64,000 bases of DNA from Octopus vulgaris (lineage: Eukaryota). The DNA is taken from contig OX597815.1 of NCBI GenBank assembly GCA_951406725.2, positions 37,386,001 to 37,450,000 of the forward strand, in the 5' to 3' direction. The notes beneath the pieces were generated by a model, which worked only from the letters and a program-made list of their open reading frames with translations, was not told the DNA's origin and did no database searches. Positions 12,276 through 27,736 of this stretch are shown in pieces; the first letter of the stretch is position 1; each line of letters begins with the position of its first letter. The position numbers and the translations under genes are program-made.

Positions 12276-12857
12276 ATTCATATATGTGTGTGTATGGGTT
12301 TGTGTTTGAAAATACACTCATGCATTTCTGTCCTTGTCTTTGTTCATGCATATTTGCACGCATGTATATATATATATGTATGTGTATTTCTATTTGCCAC
12401 TACCAATCACAATCCTGTAATCTGGTTCTTGCGATGACTTCATTATTGTTGTATTACATCAATGTACTTTTTGACTTATACTTCCTCATTATCACCATTA
12501 ACAGAGATGTCTGTATCGGCAGTAGAAGCAGCAATAGCAATAAATAATAAGAACACAGCTATCATCTAAGTCGTTACCAGCAGACCACCAACACCAGCAC
12601 CACAACCAACACCACACTACTAACCCTTCACCCCTCCTCTTCATCATCACCACCATCATTTCTGACATCCGTAACTTCGTTAGCTTAATTGTTCATGATG
12701 AATAGAACCGAAGACGACTTGTGAAAGACTCGTTCCGCACGGACTATGTTCGCACAGAATCATTAAATATTGACTAAACTGGATAGAGTGTAAAAAGCAA
12801 AGAAGAAAGATAGGTTAGAATAAAAAAGAAATGAAAACGAAAGATAGAAAAAGGATG

Positions 12858-13231
12858 GATAGAATTTATAAAGTTCAATGAAAATATAGAAGAAATCCTG
12901 AATTATCAAAATATGAATAAAATTAAAACGGGAACATTGAATTGAGAAAATTGGAGTAAAGTACTCAGAAAGGAGAAAACATGATAAAAAATATTAATAA
13001 TATTTGGGTAAAAAAATATTGTTCTTTTTTTAATTTTTTATATTTCCAATTTGAAAAACTCGTTAATACCATTTGTAATTAATTGAGAAGGAAAGAAATA
13101 CTCTCTGACATTTACATTGAAAAATATGTCAACATATTTACTTATGAAAATGCATAGAGTTCTGACAATATTTGAAACAGAAGTTGCCCGAAACATGTTT
13201 CGATCTTGTTGTACCTTGTTTTGCATTTTAC
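12858..13231. repeat. Locally duplicated segment (second copy at 19124-19964, interrupted by a SINE)
   Basis: gatagaatttataaagttcaa...aattgagaaaattggagtaaagtac...ggagaaaacatgataaaaaatatt...ttgttttgcattttac present in both places. Confidence 0.9.
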
Positions 13232-14734
13232 CCAATGTTTCAATTCTATCTAACCTCTTTGATCTTACCAAATTTTGACCAACTATCTTCAGTTTTACAT
13301 CGATCCTGAAGATGACAGAAACACTTTTGAAACAAGAACTTCTTTAATAATATTTTGTCTATATCCCAACTGACCACCTCTACCATTTCCATACAGACAG
13401 ATATAATAATTTGCTCTCCTATATAATATTCTAACTAAAGGATGGGCTTCGTCCATGACCCAATGACCTACCTATTTAAAAAAGTGACCTGCCTACTTTT
13501 AAAAAAAATCCTCAGTACCTGTGTTTACTATTATTGGCGTAATGACCGCCCCAAAACACAACATAACTTCTTGAGTTTATATATCTAATTAGATAAACAA
13601 AGCTAAGATATTGTTGATAGCGAGAAGAACCTCCAGTACACGCTCTTATGACGTTGGTATTATAATTGCATTTCATGTTAGTATAATGGTAATAAAACCG
13701 TTTAAATGAGATTTTGAGACTGTTGTTGCAGCTGTTACTGCTAGAAATGCTCTGTAAACTAATATGTTTAACAATTCAGTTATAACGCCTGCATTAAACT
13801 GACCGCCTTCTGGGTTATTCTTACTTTTAATTATTTCATTAAATGTTGAATTATGGTATGGGACCTGAATTACATTTAAAATGAATCTATTGGTACCGAT
13901 AGCTCCCGAGACTTTGCACATCTTTAAGTGATTTTTGTTTGCCTTTGCATTGTGAACAGCTACATTCCAAGGAACAAATGACTTTTGTATGAGATTCCTA
14001 TTACCATAAGGGAAACACAGCGGAAATTACCCTACCTTATTAATACAATGTCGCAAATTTAGTTACGCTAAATAACAATGCTAGTGAATTTTCAAATGAA
14101 TCTCTCTGGTGTCTGCTTCTGCTATAAACTGTTTATAAACTTACTATCCGATATTTCGCTCATTAGAAAGTAGCAGAAATTGCAATGAATGAAGTCTTAG
14201 AATTAAGTTCCTCTTGATTTATTTTTACTTTATTCTGTATAAAAGGAAATTTCGGAAGCAATAGCCGAAGAGTAAAGCTCACAGGCACAAGCCAACTTAG
14301 GTTAGGCGCTCTCCTATTAATACAGTTGAACCTAGATGATGTTAGTTATCAAAACTATTTTCACTAAATTTCTCAATGAAAGAGATCACTGGGACGAGAA
14401 TACAATAGATCCTACTCATGCTAAATGTAGTTGTATTGTCTAAGAAGTAAATATATTCAAGATGAGAAAGAAGGTGTTGGTTTATGACCTTCTTCATTTC
14501 CTTGAGATTTTGGCAAAGAAAGCGACAGGGTTTTGAGAAATTTTTATTCCTGGTGTCACGAGTTTCAATAGATCGGAATACTAAAACAAAAATGGAAGTT
14601 TGTTGAAGAGAGAAACCATCGTTTCTTCTTGAAGTTATGTTGAATATAATACAAGGAACAACAACGTATAAAAGATCTCCAGGAAATGAGAAAGTACAAA
14701 AGTCATGAGTTATTTCTCAGATATTATCTTTCAT

Positions 14735-14875
14735 CTTTTACTTGTTTCAGCAATTGGGCTCTTGTTATGCTGGAGAACCGCTTTGAAGGAGTTGGTCAAA
14801 CAAATTGATCCCAGTATTTATTACTTTAAATCTAGGTGCTGATTCTATTGATTTCTCTTTGCTGAAGTGCTAGAT
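14735..14875 (-). mobile_element. Degenerate 3' part of SINE family B
   Basis: tcttttacttgtttcag...atgctggagaaccgc is the reverse complement of the tail region of 19285-19693. Confidence 0.55.
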
Positions 14876-14981
14876 AAAGTTGTCATAAGTAATACATGTT
14901 CTGTGTTATAAAATAATAATATGCCCAGCGACCGATTTGTCATCAGTTATTATCATTATCATCATTATTATTATTATATTG

Positions 14982-15118
14982 AAAGTAGCAACCTAGTAGA
15001 ATCTTTAGTACACTGGGTAAAATGCTTAGCAGCATTTTGTTCACTTTTACGTTCTGAGTTCAAAATCCGTCGAAATTGACTTTGTGTTTTATACTTTCGA
15101 GGCCGATAAAATAAGCAC
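14982..15118 (+). mobile_element. Degenerate SINE family A fragment
   Basis: aatgcttagcagcatt...cgttctgagttcaaa...gactttg...cgataaaataagcac. Confidence 0.65.
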
Positions 15119-17690
15119 TTGCTTTGTTCCTGCTCAAATTCCTTTATTACTGTTTCGACATCTAATTCGATTGAACTTGACTGTACCAATTTCCCTTTCT
15201 TAAAAGTGGCTTTGACACACTTTTCAAGGCCAAACTCCATCCAGATATCATCACTGAATCCTTTCACAGTATGCAGTATTCCTTCAAGCTCTTCATCATC
15301 TTTGCCATATAGTTTTAAATCATCCATATAAAATAGATGGCTTATTTTCTTGTCAATTTTGTAGCCATACCCAGTTCTATGCAGTTCACTTGAGAGTGGT
15401 ATTAGTGCTCTGCAGAAAATTAGTGGTGAAAGTGAGTCACCTTGGAAAATGCCAGTTTATGCTAATATTGTTTGAGAGCAATACTCTATTAGAATGATAT
15501 GTTTGGAGCTTCGTGTTCCATAGTGACATATTATACTGTAAAAATCTGAAATCACAGGAGAAACTTTTAGAATGTCCAGCAACTTCAGAATCTACGAATG
15601 TGGTACGCTGTCAAAGCCATTTTTATAATCAATCCATGAAGAGCTGAGATTTCTGCGCTTGTTATAGCAGTTCTCAAGGATCATGAGATTAATTAGGAGC
15701 TGATCTATGCATCCGTATGAGCTTCGTCTGCTTCCTTTTTGTTCAGCGGGAAAGAGGTTATTCTCTTCCATAAACGTATATGTTTTCTCCACTAGAATAG
15801 ATGTCAAAACCTTATAGGTAGTAGACAAACATGTTATATGCCGGTAGTTTTTTGGGTCTTTGGGTTTGTTATTTTGGGGGAGGAGGTAAGTAATACCATT
15901 TGCCATCCAATGGGGAGTTTTCCTGATAATACTATTAAATATTATTACTTATTTCTTTATTGACCACAAGGGGCTAAACATAGAAGGGACAAACAAAGGG
16001 ATTAAGTCGCTCACATCGACCCCGGTGCATAACTGGTACTTAATTTATCGATCCCGAAAGGATAAAAGTCAAAGTCGACCTCGGCGGAAATTGAACTCAG
16101 AACGTAACGGCAGACGAAATACCGCTAAGCATTTCGCCCGGTGTTCTAACGATTCTGCCAGCTCGTAGCCTTCATTTTATTAATACTAAAAACTATTAAA
16201 TAGTATTTCTAACATTTTTAGTGCGGACGAGAGTGATGAGAGCCAGAAATTTGGTTCTCTATCAATACCAAGGGATTTCGACTTATGAACCTTCGTTAGT
16301 GCCCTCCTTCGATCGGCGATTGCGATGTCTTCCCATACCTGTTCTTGTAGTATTTGTAGGCATCTTGGGTGCGTTTGATCCCGTCTGCATTTTCATTGTA
16401 TGTTTTCTCATCACTCCAGATCCCTTCTAAAAGATTTCAACTTCTTCCATTAAGGGTGGATTTTCAATGGTTAGTTTTTCTTTCCCTATTTCCCTGTAAA
16501 ATGATTTGGCATTGGATTTGAACATCTTATTTTGTTTGTAGCATTTGATTCTTTTCTCAAATTTGCGTATTCTCTGAGTTTTTGCTTGAACTTTTTATTT
16601 AAGTGTTTCTTTCGCTGACATTAGTTCTCTTGTTGAGAATCCATATTTTCTTACAATCTTCCTGCCTTTTCTTGATCTTACACCATTTCCAGAGGTAGCT
16701 CAGTTAATATTGATATCTCCCTTCGCAATGATTTAATCTCAGTTTCAATTTTACTCCTCCGGTTTGATTTTTCTTTTTATTGTTGGCTTTTTGGGTGTTA
16801 AACAGCATATTTCGATTACCTTAGCAACAGAGTAAATAATTTCATTTAACTTATTAAGATCGGGTTTTAGTTGTTTGAATGATTTCTTGTGTAACGCAGT
16901 TGCCAATTTTTATTTGTGTTTTATGTTGGTTTGCATTTGAGAGTTTATGGAATAGTTTCCTATCATTCATATTTATATGCCCTACAACTGCAAGCTCATT
17001 CAGAACTTCCTACTTCACTTTAATGATAGATTTTCTGTGTTGTTCAGCAAATAAGTGGTCTTCAAATTCTGTTTTGACATCATTTTCTGGGCTGTTTTTC
17101 CTAGGGTCATTATATTTTCCTTTTTCTTCAGGCTCTTGAGTGGTTTCGGCAGATGGTCGCCCTTCAGTCAATGCTTGTGGTCCAACATTCGTCTCCTCTG
17201 TTTCGTTGTTTCTTTCCTGACTTATATGTGGGTCATTCTCTACCACTTTTTTAATAGAAGTTAATTCTACATCTGTGAATCTGGTATTTCTGAAGATATC
17301 TCTTCTAAAATTTGCTAATCTGTTTTCATCCAGGTTTGGTCTGCTATCTGGATTCCGGCTCCTCCTCATTCTGTAGGAGTTTGCAGTGTGTTTCTCTTTG
17401 GTTGGCTTACTTAATGCAAAGTAATAAGCGTATATTACTTCTTTATATTCTTCCCGATTCCATGTAGTTCTTATACATTTTTGACTTTTTGGTCGTTGTG
17501 GTGGTGAACTTTAGGGTATTAATTTGGGACAAATCTCGTTTAAGTGGCCTTCCAAGTTTATATTCTAGGAGGATATTCTGCCATTTGAAAATTTTTCGCC
17601 GCCAGGCTGACAGCCTCCTGACAGGCGCGCTTCCGGAATAACAATTGGACAAGCGAATCGGTGTACTGTTTGAAATGTTCTTTCCTTTTC
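15119..17690 (-). mobile_element. Non-LTR retrotransposon of the REL/R4-Dong type, 5' region and RT (degenerate, internally deleted)
   Basis: GITYLLP, PKNYRHITCLSTTYK, EQKG, WIDYKNGFDSVPH, GIFQGDSLSPL, HLFYMDDLKLY, MEFGLEKC; N-terminal RNPDSRPNLDENRLANFRRDI. Confidence 0.85.
15952..16172 (-). mobile_element. tRNA-derived SINE, family A, nested in the R4-like element
   Basis: Reverse complement of 28692-28920; box A-like TGGCAGAATCG and box B-like GAGTTCAA. Confidence 0.9.
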
Positions 17691-17798
17691 AAGTAAAGTT
17701 AAATTATTGTTAAATCTTCATTTTAAAAAAAATATTTTTATTTATTTATTTATTTTTTAACCACTAATCTTCATACAGTGACCGCATTTATAATCATT

Positions 17799-19095
<1,297 letters not shown>

Positions 19096-19284
19096 TATTA
19101 CTATAAATATAGAAATAAATAAAGATAGAATTTATAAAGTTCAACGAAAATATAGAAGAAATCCTGAAAATAAAATGAGTCCACCGAATTATGAAAATAT
19201 AAATAAAATTAAAACGTGAACATTGAATTGAGAAAATTGGAGTAAAGTACATAGAAGTAAAGTATACAGAAGTAAAGTACACAA

Positions 19285-19693
19285 GCGTAGGAGTGGCTGT
19301 GTGGTAAGTAGCTTGCTTACGAACCACATGGTTCCGGGTTCAGTCCCACTGCGTGGCACCTTGGGCAACTGTCTTCTACTATAGCCTCGGGCCGACGAAA
19401 GCCTTGTGAGTGGATTGGTAGACGGAAACTGAAAGAAGTCCGTCGTATATATGTATATATATATGCTTGTGTATATGTTTGTGTGTCTGTGTTTGTCCCC
19501 CCAACATCGCTTGACAACCGATGCTGTTGTGTTTACGTCCCCGTAACTTAGCGGTTCGGCAAAAGAGACCGATAAAACAAGTACTAGGCTTACAAAGAAT
19601 AAGTCCTGGGGTCGATTTGCTCGACTAAAGGCGGTGCTCCAGCATGGCCACAGTCAAATGACTGAAACAAATAAAAGAGTAAAAGAGTAAAGA
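19285..19693 (+). mobile_element. tRNA-derived CORE-type SINE, family B (octopus OR-like), full length
   Basis: Box A gtggctgtgtggt, box B gggttcagtccc, CORE-like ccttgggcaa.tgtcttc, internal TA/TG tract, tail (aaagagt)n; near-identical to 50544-50952. Confidence 0.9.
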
Positions 19694-19978
19694 GAAAGGA
19701 GAAAACATGATAAAAAATATTAATAACATTTGGGTGAAAAATATTATATTTTTAATATTTTATGTTTCCAATTTGAAAATCTCGTTAGTACCATTTTTAA
19801 TTAATTGAGAAGGAAAGAAATATTCTTTGACATTTGCATTGAAAAATATGTCAACATATATACTTATGAAAATGCATTTCGTTCTGACGATATTAGCTAA
19901 TTTCCTTTGAAACAAGTTGCCCAAAACGTGTTTCATACTTGTTGTACATTGTTTTGCATTTTACATTATATCTGTGAC

Positions 19979-20069
19979 CTTTCTTCTTCTTCTTCTTCTT
20001 CTTCTTCTTCTTCTTCTTCTTCTTCTTCTTCTTCTTCTTCTTCTTCTTCTTCTTCTTCTTCTTCTTCTT

Positions 20070-20128
<59 letters not shown>
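19979..20128. repeat. (CTT)n(TAT)n microsatellite
   Basis: Direct reading; the same compound structure occurs at 21918-22081. Confidence 0.98.
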
Positions 20129-20129
<1 letters not shown>

Positions 20130-21135
20130 GACGTCGTACAGTAAACAATATCATGGGGCTTTTGATTGAAGACATTGTGTCTACCGGGGGTTTCTACTGT
20201 TTGTCAAGTGATACCAAGGCTCTCAGACTGACAGCACTTTATGCAATATACGTGCTGTTCGAAGTAATACCAACTTTTGTAATACACCCTAAATTGTAGG
20301 GTATTTCTAAAGTTTTCAGATATTTTTTCAGATTCGATGGTATTGAACTCAATGCTCCAATGACAATAGGGATAATCTCTATGTTTGACTCTCGTAGCTA
20401 CTACATCTTAGTGATTTCACTTCTCAGGTCTCCGTATTTATAAACCTTTTCTCTTTCTTTCATGATATGTTGACCTTCTGGCACTGCTGCACCAATTGTT
20501 AGGCACTCTTGTTTGTCCCTCCTAAAGGTTACTATATCTGGCATTTAGTGCTCTAATACGTTGTCTGTCGGAAGTCAAAGTCCCAGAGGATTTTGCCTTC
20601 CCCTTTTCGTCCATTACCTTTTCCGGCGTATTTTGGTACCCAGCATCCTTTACTTCATTTCCATACTTACGACATAGTTGCCACTGGAGGTTTTGGGCTA
20701 CCTTGTCGTGTCTACGCTTGTACTCTTTCTGCGCAAGACTTTCACAGGCACTAACAATGTGAGTCACGCCTTCGATCCTCTTTCCACGCATTCTGGTATA
20801 TATACTTTTTCACTCAGTTTGTATTCAACGCCTGATTTTGGACAGCGATGATTAGGCTTTCAGTAGTCTTTTTTTAGGTCACCCTTGTTAAGCCACCTCG
20901 ATAATGTTTCCTAGTCTTTTAAGTTTTTGGTTTCACGGTGGAACTGACTATATAATTCCATGCGGAGTAGGTTTTTTTTCTCTCTCGTTGGCTGTTGGTG
21001 TTCGAAATTCATGAGCATTCACAGGTCCATTATTATTAAATCCGTCTGCACTAGCAGCATACTGTAGCAGGTTTTGTCTGTTGTTTACCAAATATTCTGC
21101 TATGTTTCTTCTTTCACAGTTAACGCACTCCACTA
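20128..21135 (-). mobile_element. 3' fragment of a second R4/Dong-like LINE ending in (TAA)n
   Basis: VTHIVSACESLAQKEYKRRHDKVA (zinc-knuckle/RHD), KEREKVYKYGDL, IIPIVIGAL, ARILHKVL; 3' UTR abuts the TAA array. Confidence 0.85.
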
Positions 21136-21178
21136 CACCATTATTTATTTATTTATTTATAATAATAATTATTATTAT

Positions 21179-21290
<112 letters not shown>

Positions 21291-21335
21291 ACTAGTACTA
21301 CTACTACTACTACTACTATTATTATTATTATTATG

Positions 21336-21368
<33 letters not shown>

Positions 21369-21917
21369 GAGTGAGGGAGTAGTGCCTGTCATCAAAGTGA
21401 CACTGGGGTAAAATATACGAAGCCCAGTATTCCCATCATGACTACCCGTCTGATAAGGGTACACCAGGCACATGCATCACAACCATATGTACGCGACATG
21501 GTGATCTCATATCAAGATAATCAGCACATGACCTTGCAGGTGGGGCCCAGTTAGAATTGTATTCTGGTCGAGTAACCCATCCCGCTCAAAAAGTCCCTGA
21601 ATAAGAGTTGTTTAAGGATGTTGAACGAAACACCCATGTTTTCAGATTTGAATTATTTAAACCCCAAAGAATGCCTCTCAACACATCGCTATGATGCTCC
21701 CCCACTACTTCTGCTCGTGATCAGAGATGCACATATCAACAGCCACAAAGTAATATGCTCAACTGGTTATGGTCAAGCAACTGACAAGCAAATCTATGGT
21801 ATTGAGCAGAATATTTACTGTAGCCCATCTTTTATACCAAGACAAAGCGATATACAAGCTGACAATTCAAATCACTTAAGATGAAAAGCCATGAGAGCCA
21901 CAGCCTGGTACTGCATC
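21369..21917. repeat. Non-coding interspersed repeat-like segment between trinucleotide arrays
   Basis: Complex ~550-bp block bounded by (TAT)n and (CTT)n. It resembles a common octopus repeat from memory, but there is no second copy in the window. Confidence 0.4.
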
Positions 21918-21986
21918 CTTCTTCTTCTTCTTCTTCTTCTTCTTCTTCTTCTTCTTCTTCTTCTTCTTCTTCTTCTTCTTCTTCTT

Positions 21987-22081
<95 letters not shown>

Positions 22082-22360
22082 CTTTTATGCATTAAGATTA
22101 GCCTGTGCTACTTTTCATCGACAATGTATTAACCAAAACTAATCATATATTTACTAGCTGGTTAGATAATTATTAATTCAATCTAATGTAAGCAAATTTT
22201 ATATATCTTACACTGTCATTAGTAAATGTATTTCATTGCATAGAGTTATAAATTGCCATAAAAGTCTGTATATGATGTCTCGACAATCTCGTAAACGTAT
22301 AAGATTTCAGAGTCATCAATTTATATTTATAAATTCCACGCACATTCAGTGTGTGTGTGT

Positions 22361-22419
<59 letters not shown>

Positions 22420-24378
22420 TGTGTTTGTGTGTATGTGCGAGTTTTATTGATTATTAATTGAACACACCTGAATTAATGAGACACATGACACTACATTAGT
22501 TAAAACTCTAAATGTTTCAAGAGCAAAATTATGTGTTGATATTCTAGTTTTCTAAAAGTTTCTGATAATTATTATTTAAAACTGAGAGATTGAGCTCAAG
22601 TGTGTACTGTAAAATCTTGAGAAACATAGGTGAAATGACCACTCCTATTAGAAAGAGGATTGAAAGTACAAGGCTCCAGAAAACAATGGGGAAACACAAA
22701 CCCGCCATATTCAATCAATATTGGTTATAGGAATTCAATTATTGACCACTGAACTATTAGAGACAACAGGAATTTATTAATAAGCTTTCGAATTTCCCCT
22801 GTCCTTTTTAATTGATTCAATCTTGCCAAATACATTTTCCTCACTGATATTAAACGAGCCAATTAGTGAGCGTCTATCTTGTCATTTAGCCCAATAAAAA
22901 TAGCAGCCCTCAAATCACGCCATGCCGTCTTATAAATAAAGGAAAAAAAACCGGACAATTTAGTCACTGATATAAGCAAAGAGAAAATCATAACTAGTGG
23001 AACGCACTTGATACAAAACTAACCTCAGACTAAACATCAGAAACATGAAATAAGCAGGGCAAAAGCTGCGTTTCCCATAGCTTGTTGCGTTTTGAGCATC
23101 ATTTTGAAAATAAAAATCACCTAAATGAACTCGAGAAGCGATTCGTTATAAAATGTTTAAATGTTATGAATGTAAAACATTAAAACCTGACAAAACAGTC
23201 AAATTATAAGACATCTCAACCATCAAGTTATTTAACAATTATCGCACGTAACCAGCTCATTAAATGAAAGCTAGAAGACATACATTTAATAATGGCTTGT
23301 TAATTGTTTTCTAATCAATCTTATGTGTGTGTGTGTGTATGTGTGTATATACTCGTGTGTAGTTTTTAATCTTCTTTACACCGTGTTTATTTTTGTATCA
23401 CATTCTTTCTACATTTAAAATTAATTTCTGAAACTCGTTATTGTTTTCTTAAAATTCAATTACCTCCTTATATGCAATTTCCTGCTTTGTAGTTATCTCT
23501 ACATGGTCGTTCTGAAAGACTGATAAGGCAAACTCGATCATGATTTTGCGTCGTATTACAGTCCTTAGTTAAATCTCTTTATCTATTTCCCTCTCTATTT
23601 CTCTGCCTCTCTGTGTCAGTTAACCTGTCAATTTACTGGTAAGGCATTTCAGAAGAGAGTGCCTTATGCTGAAATAATGTAATATTGATTAGAACAACGA
23701 AGGAACTTCTGCACGATCGTACGACAAGCTACAATTAGCAGACAAAAATCTCTCTAAAATCACAACGTAAGTTAAGAATGACACATTATATAGACCCTAA
23801 GGTACACCGTGTTTAGTAAAAAAGAAATAAGGTACCGAAGGTTGCCAACAACACTTACTAGTGTAGATCTGCTCGATCAACTGTAACCAAAGATTAAACC
23901 TAAACAATATCAAGAACGACTGTGCTTATTCATGATCTTTGTACGATTAAATTTCTCTATTATACTGTTATTTGTTATGTCGGTTTATAAAACTGAATGC
24001 TAATGTTTTAAAGAAGATTGAACTTTAAATACTTTCGATACTTTTCTAGTGAAATATCGTTTATGATGTAGCATCATTTCCATCGTAAAACTTTGCAAAG
24101 TGAATCGGTTTATATAGATTATATTGCCATATGGGGAGTCATGCAGAAACTTTCGTTGGAGAGGGATGAAGGATTTACTAACATTTATGTCCTTAGCATT
24201 TTCTGATTCTACTTGTTCTCTTCAGAATTTTGTTTTGACTGAAATGTACCACTTATAACATTTTCAATCAAATCTAATAACACTAAAATTTGAAAGAAGA
24301 AACCCTCCAAAATAGTAATCCGTAGTAGAACATGTTTCAGCCATCACATCGGGAAAAATCCATTTTTATTATGACATA

Positions 24379-25212
24379 CCAGGGGGTATCAAAAAATCCC
24401 AGGACTAATTCTGTAGCTCGCCAACAGATGGCAGTACACGATTACTTCCACAATGAGAGCTAGAAGTGACCTTCAGGAGGCAGTGTGCCGAGTGACATCG
24501 CCGTGTTTACTTTGCAAGTTGTGAAATTTGTGTTTTTGTGATCACGTGTTTGCTGTAGTCGGCGATTTGGAACGAAGAACCAACGTGAAATTTTGCGTTA
24601 AACTTGGAAAGTCTGTTTTAGAGATATTGAGCATGCTTTGGCAACAAGCTTACGGCGACGAGGCAATTGGTCGTACGCAATGTTTCAAGTGGTATGGGCG
24701 CTTCAAAAGCGAAGAACTTCCCTGGAAGACAATGAGTGATGTGGAAGACCTGCCATGAGCGTCATCCCCGGAAATGAGGAGACAATTCATCAACTTATGC
24801 ATTAGGATCGACGGAAGCGTTTGAGGAAGGACATTCGGTGTAAGTGACCGGATCTATGGAGCGCGAAGAACTAGATTCTTCACGATGACAGTGTCACGGA
24901 GCTCTTCTCACACGGTGGCGCTTTCGCGCTCGCCCTATTTTATAGATTTAGCACCTGCGGACTTCCATCTCTTCTCCAAGATGAAAATTCAGCTCAAAGG
25001 TCGCCGTTTTAACACCGTTGTCTAGATCAAGAGCGAATCGCTGAAGGTCCTCAACTCACTTACAAGCCGGGTTCCAAAAGTGACAGGAACACTGGGACCG
25101 ATGTATTGCTGTGCAAGATGACTATTTCGAAGCAGATGACGTTAAAACCTAGGAAAATAAGTTATTTTTTTATTAAACACAACTAGTCCGGGAACTTTTT
25201 GATACCATCTCG
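24379..25212 (+). mobile_element. Internally deleted mariner transposon with TIRs
   Basis: TA-flanked imperfect TIRs (ccagggggtatcaaaaaatcccaggactaatt vs reverse complement cgagatggtatcaaaaagttcccggactagtt); HTH RTNVKFCVKLGKS...AYGDEA...CFKWYGRFK; DLAPADFHLFSKMKIQLKGRRF. Confidence 0.92.
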
Positions 25213-25336
25213 TATAAGATATGCCATTCTGATATAATAGCTTTCATAAATGAGACAATGAACCTTTTGAATGATCAAAACCTTGTCTTTAAAATCTCTA
25301 TAAACCGAACAAAAATAGAATTAAAAAGTTTTAGAG

Positions 25337-25765
25337 ATGTCAGGAATATATAGAAAGTTACTGGATGGAGGCGTGAATAAAATATTGCATTAAGCTCTCG
25401 CTACTTTATGTTTTTGGAGTGTGAGATAGGAACAAAAGTAATAGAAGGCTTTCAGGAAAGCATTTATGTATAACTGTAGGGCAGATAGTAGCCAGACTAT
25501 AGCAAGTAAAAGTAGACATATTCATGCAAACTGAAAACAAATTAAGAAATGTCATGAATATATAGAAAGTTACTGGATGGAAGCGTGAATAAAATATTGC
25601 ATTACACTCTCGCTACTTTACGTTTTTGGAGTATGAGATAGAAACAAAAATAACAGAAGGCTTTAAGCAAAGCATTTATATATATCTGTAGGGCAGATAG
25701 TAGCCAGACTATAGCAAATAAAAGTAGACGTATTCATGCAAACTGAAAACAACTTAAGAAATGTC
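25337..25765. repeat. 212-bp tandem duplication
   Basis: atgtca recurs at 25337, 25549 and 25761; two units with scattered substitutions. Confidence 0.95.
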
Positions 25766-26139
25766 AGCTGCGTTTGACTTAATCATTGATAAAATATATT
25801 TACATATAGGGACCTAAAAGAATTATAGATCTGAGATGTATTACAATGAGTATATCATTATGTCAAAGCTCCAGTATCGTCATAAATATGTTGTGTTTTT
25901 AAGTAACTCCAAACCCAGCTCTGCACAGAATATTCACTTACTGGAATGGATGATAATCGAGTTTATGAATAAAGGTAATATAAAAGTCAAGATCTGATAA
26001 GACATATCTTTGTAGAGTATTAAAAGCATCATTTAGGCACCAGTATATGGTTAATTGTTGTCTTAAGTATGAGGCATTAGATTTATTACTGCAGGTAGCA
26101 ATTATTTGAACTAGGCAGCCGGTAAGGATTTCTAAAAAC

Positions 26140-27020
26140 TTACTGACACCCTCTATGCTGCCCTACTTGATAACTTGTCAAAATTGAAAACTAAATCCAT
26201 TAGACGATCCCTTTTCATCTCTAATATCCCTGGACTCCGATTAAACTATATCCCACACACTTTCCCTTTCTAATAACCAAGCTACAAATCTTATATTTCT
26301 TCAAACTGAAAGTCTCAACCCTTCTCTATAGACAGTCTCTATTATCCAGGCTGCTGTCATTACTCATAGTATCCTCCGAAATATTGTCTGTGCTTATCTA
26401 GATACCATTCACTTCGAAACTCATTTCTCTTACCGGAATACCAGCAACAAAAATTTGTAGTGGCTTAGGCTCAATGCCTTCCTCTCCCAAACCTCCAAAT
26501 GCATCTAACACCTCAAAAACAATAATATCTCTACCTGCACGGGTGATTTCTATCTCCTACCCTCATTCATAACAGAAACTTCATTGTTCAGATCTCTTCT
26601 TACCCTTCACATTTATTGCCGGTGCAGAATCCATATATTTAACAATCCTCAGTTCTCTAAATCTATTAGTTTCATCCCTCTGTACATCTTTCTGATTGGC
26701 ACATAAACACTTGAAACTCCCTTGAACATTTATTTTATCACTACAAAAATCCAAATTATATGAGACAATAATTGTCCCTGCATATACCGGATCTCATCTA
26801 CTGCCTATTCTAAGCAACAGCTTTTACCTCTAAGACCCACTAGAACTGCAACGCCTGCAAAATTATTACTCGGGCTGTCAAGGCTGTCTATCTTCATACA
26901 GCTCACATCCTTCAAGTATTCCTGCCTCACAAACTGCAGTCGACACTTTTGGATCATTATTAAAATGAACTTTACCAACATTATGTTGCCATTCTTTACA
27001 CTATTCCTTTTAGACACTGT
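26140..27020 (-). mobile_element. Possible ancient LINE RT remnant
   Basis: Strand-biased composition and broken reading frames reminiscent of a LINE ORF2 C-terminus; no intact catalytic motif. Confidence 0.3.
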
Positions 27021-27499
27021 GGTTCTGTGAGTAGGACTACTACGGTAAAGGGAGAGCGATTTCAGGTGTGAATTTAATGACGTGCTGTAAGATACGATAG
27101 CATTCTATAGTAAACAAGTGTTTCGTAGCATTGCACAATTAAATTCCGATTTCAGAGAACATAGATAACTGTAGGCCATCCCTTCTTATATATCTAAATT
27201 GTAATAGGGGTTAGCTCCGTGGATTAAGAAGTGAAGTTAAATGGAAGAGTAAACCTAAAAAGTTTGGCCGAGTTTGGCGAACCTCGGAATTCAAACCTCA
27301 GTTAATCAGAATGTTTTGGAATCGAACTATCATATTCTTTCTATATTTTTACTTTCCAACATTCCAAAGAGAAAACGCTTGAGCTCTTTATTAAACTAAC
27401 AAAGAATGTAATTAATAGAAACCCGGAACATCAAGGGACAACAGAAACAATTTGTTGCTATTTCAATATTTCATTTAATCAAAATCACCAAACCATCAT

Positions 27500-27703
27500 A
27501 TTTATCTTTCACTTCTATCAGCCATTATACTGCGGCTATGCTGGGGCACCGCCTTAAATACTTTTTAGTCGAATGAATTGATCTTAGTACTTATTTTAAA
27601 GCTTGATATTTATTCTATAGGCCTCTTTTGCCGAACTGCTAAGGGGGGATGTAAACACACCAACACCGTTGTCAAGCAGTGGTGGAAGCCAAACACACAC
27701 ACG

Positions 27704-27736
<33 letters not shown>

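Noticed and set aside
14270-14420. LNLDDVSYQNYF peptide reminiscent of a Harbinger transposase N-terminus
   Set aside because: Too short and stop-ridden; no TIRs or DDE motifs found
17560-17670. GC-rich hairpins at the 5' end of the R4-like element, a possible HDV-like ribozyme
   Set aside because: Could not fit P1.1/P3/L3 of the nested double pseudoknot by eye; needs a descriptor search
19285-19360. tRNA gene at SINE heads
   Set aside because: A and B boxes are present but there is no full cloverleaf; part of a SINE
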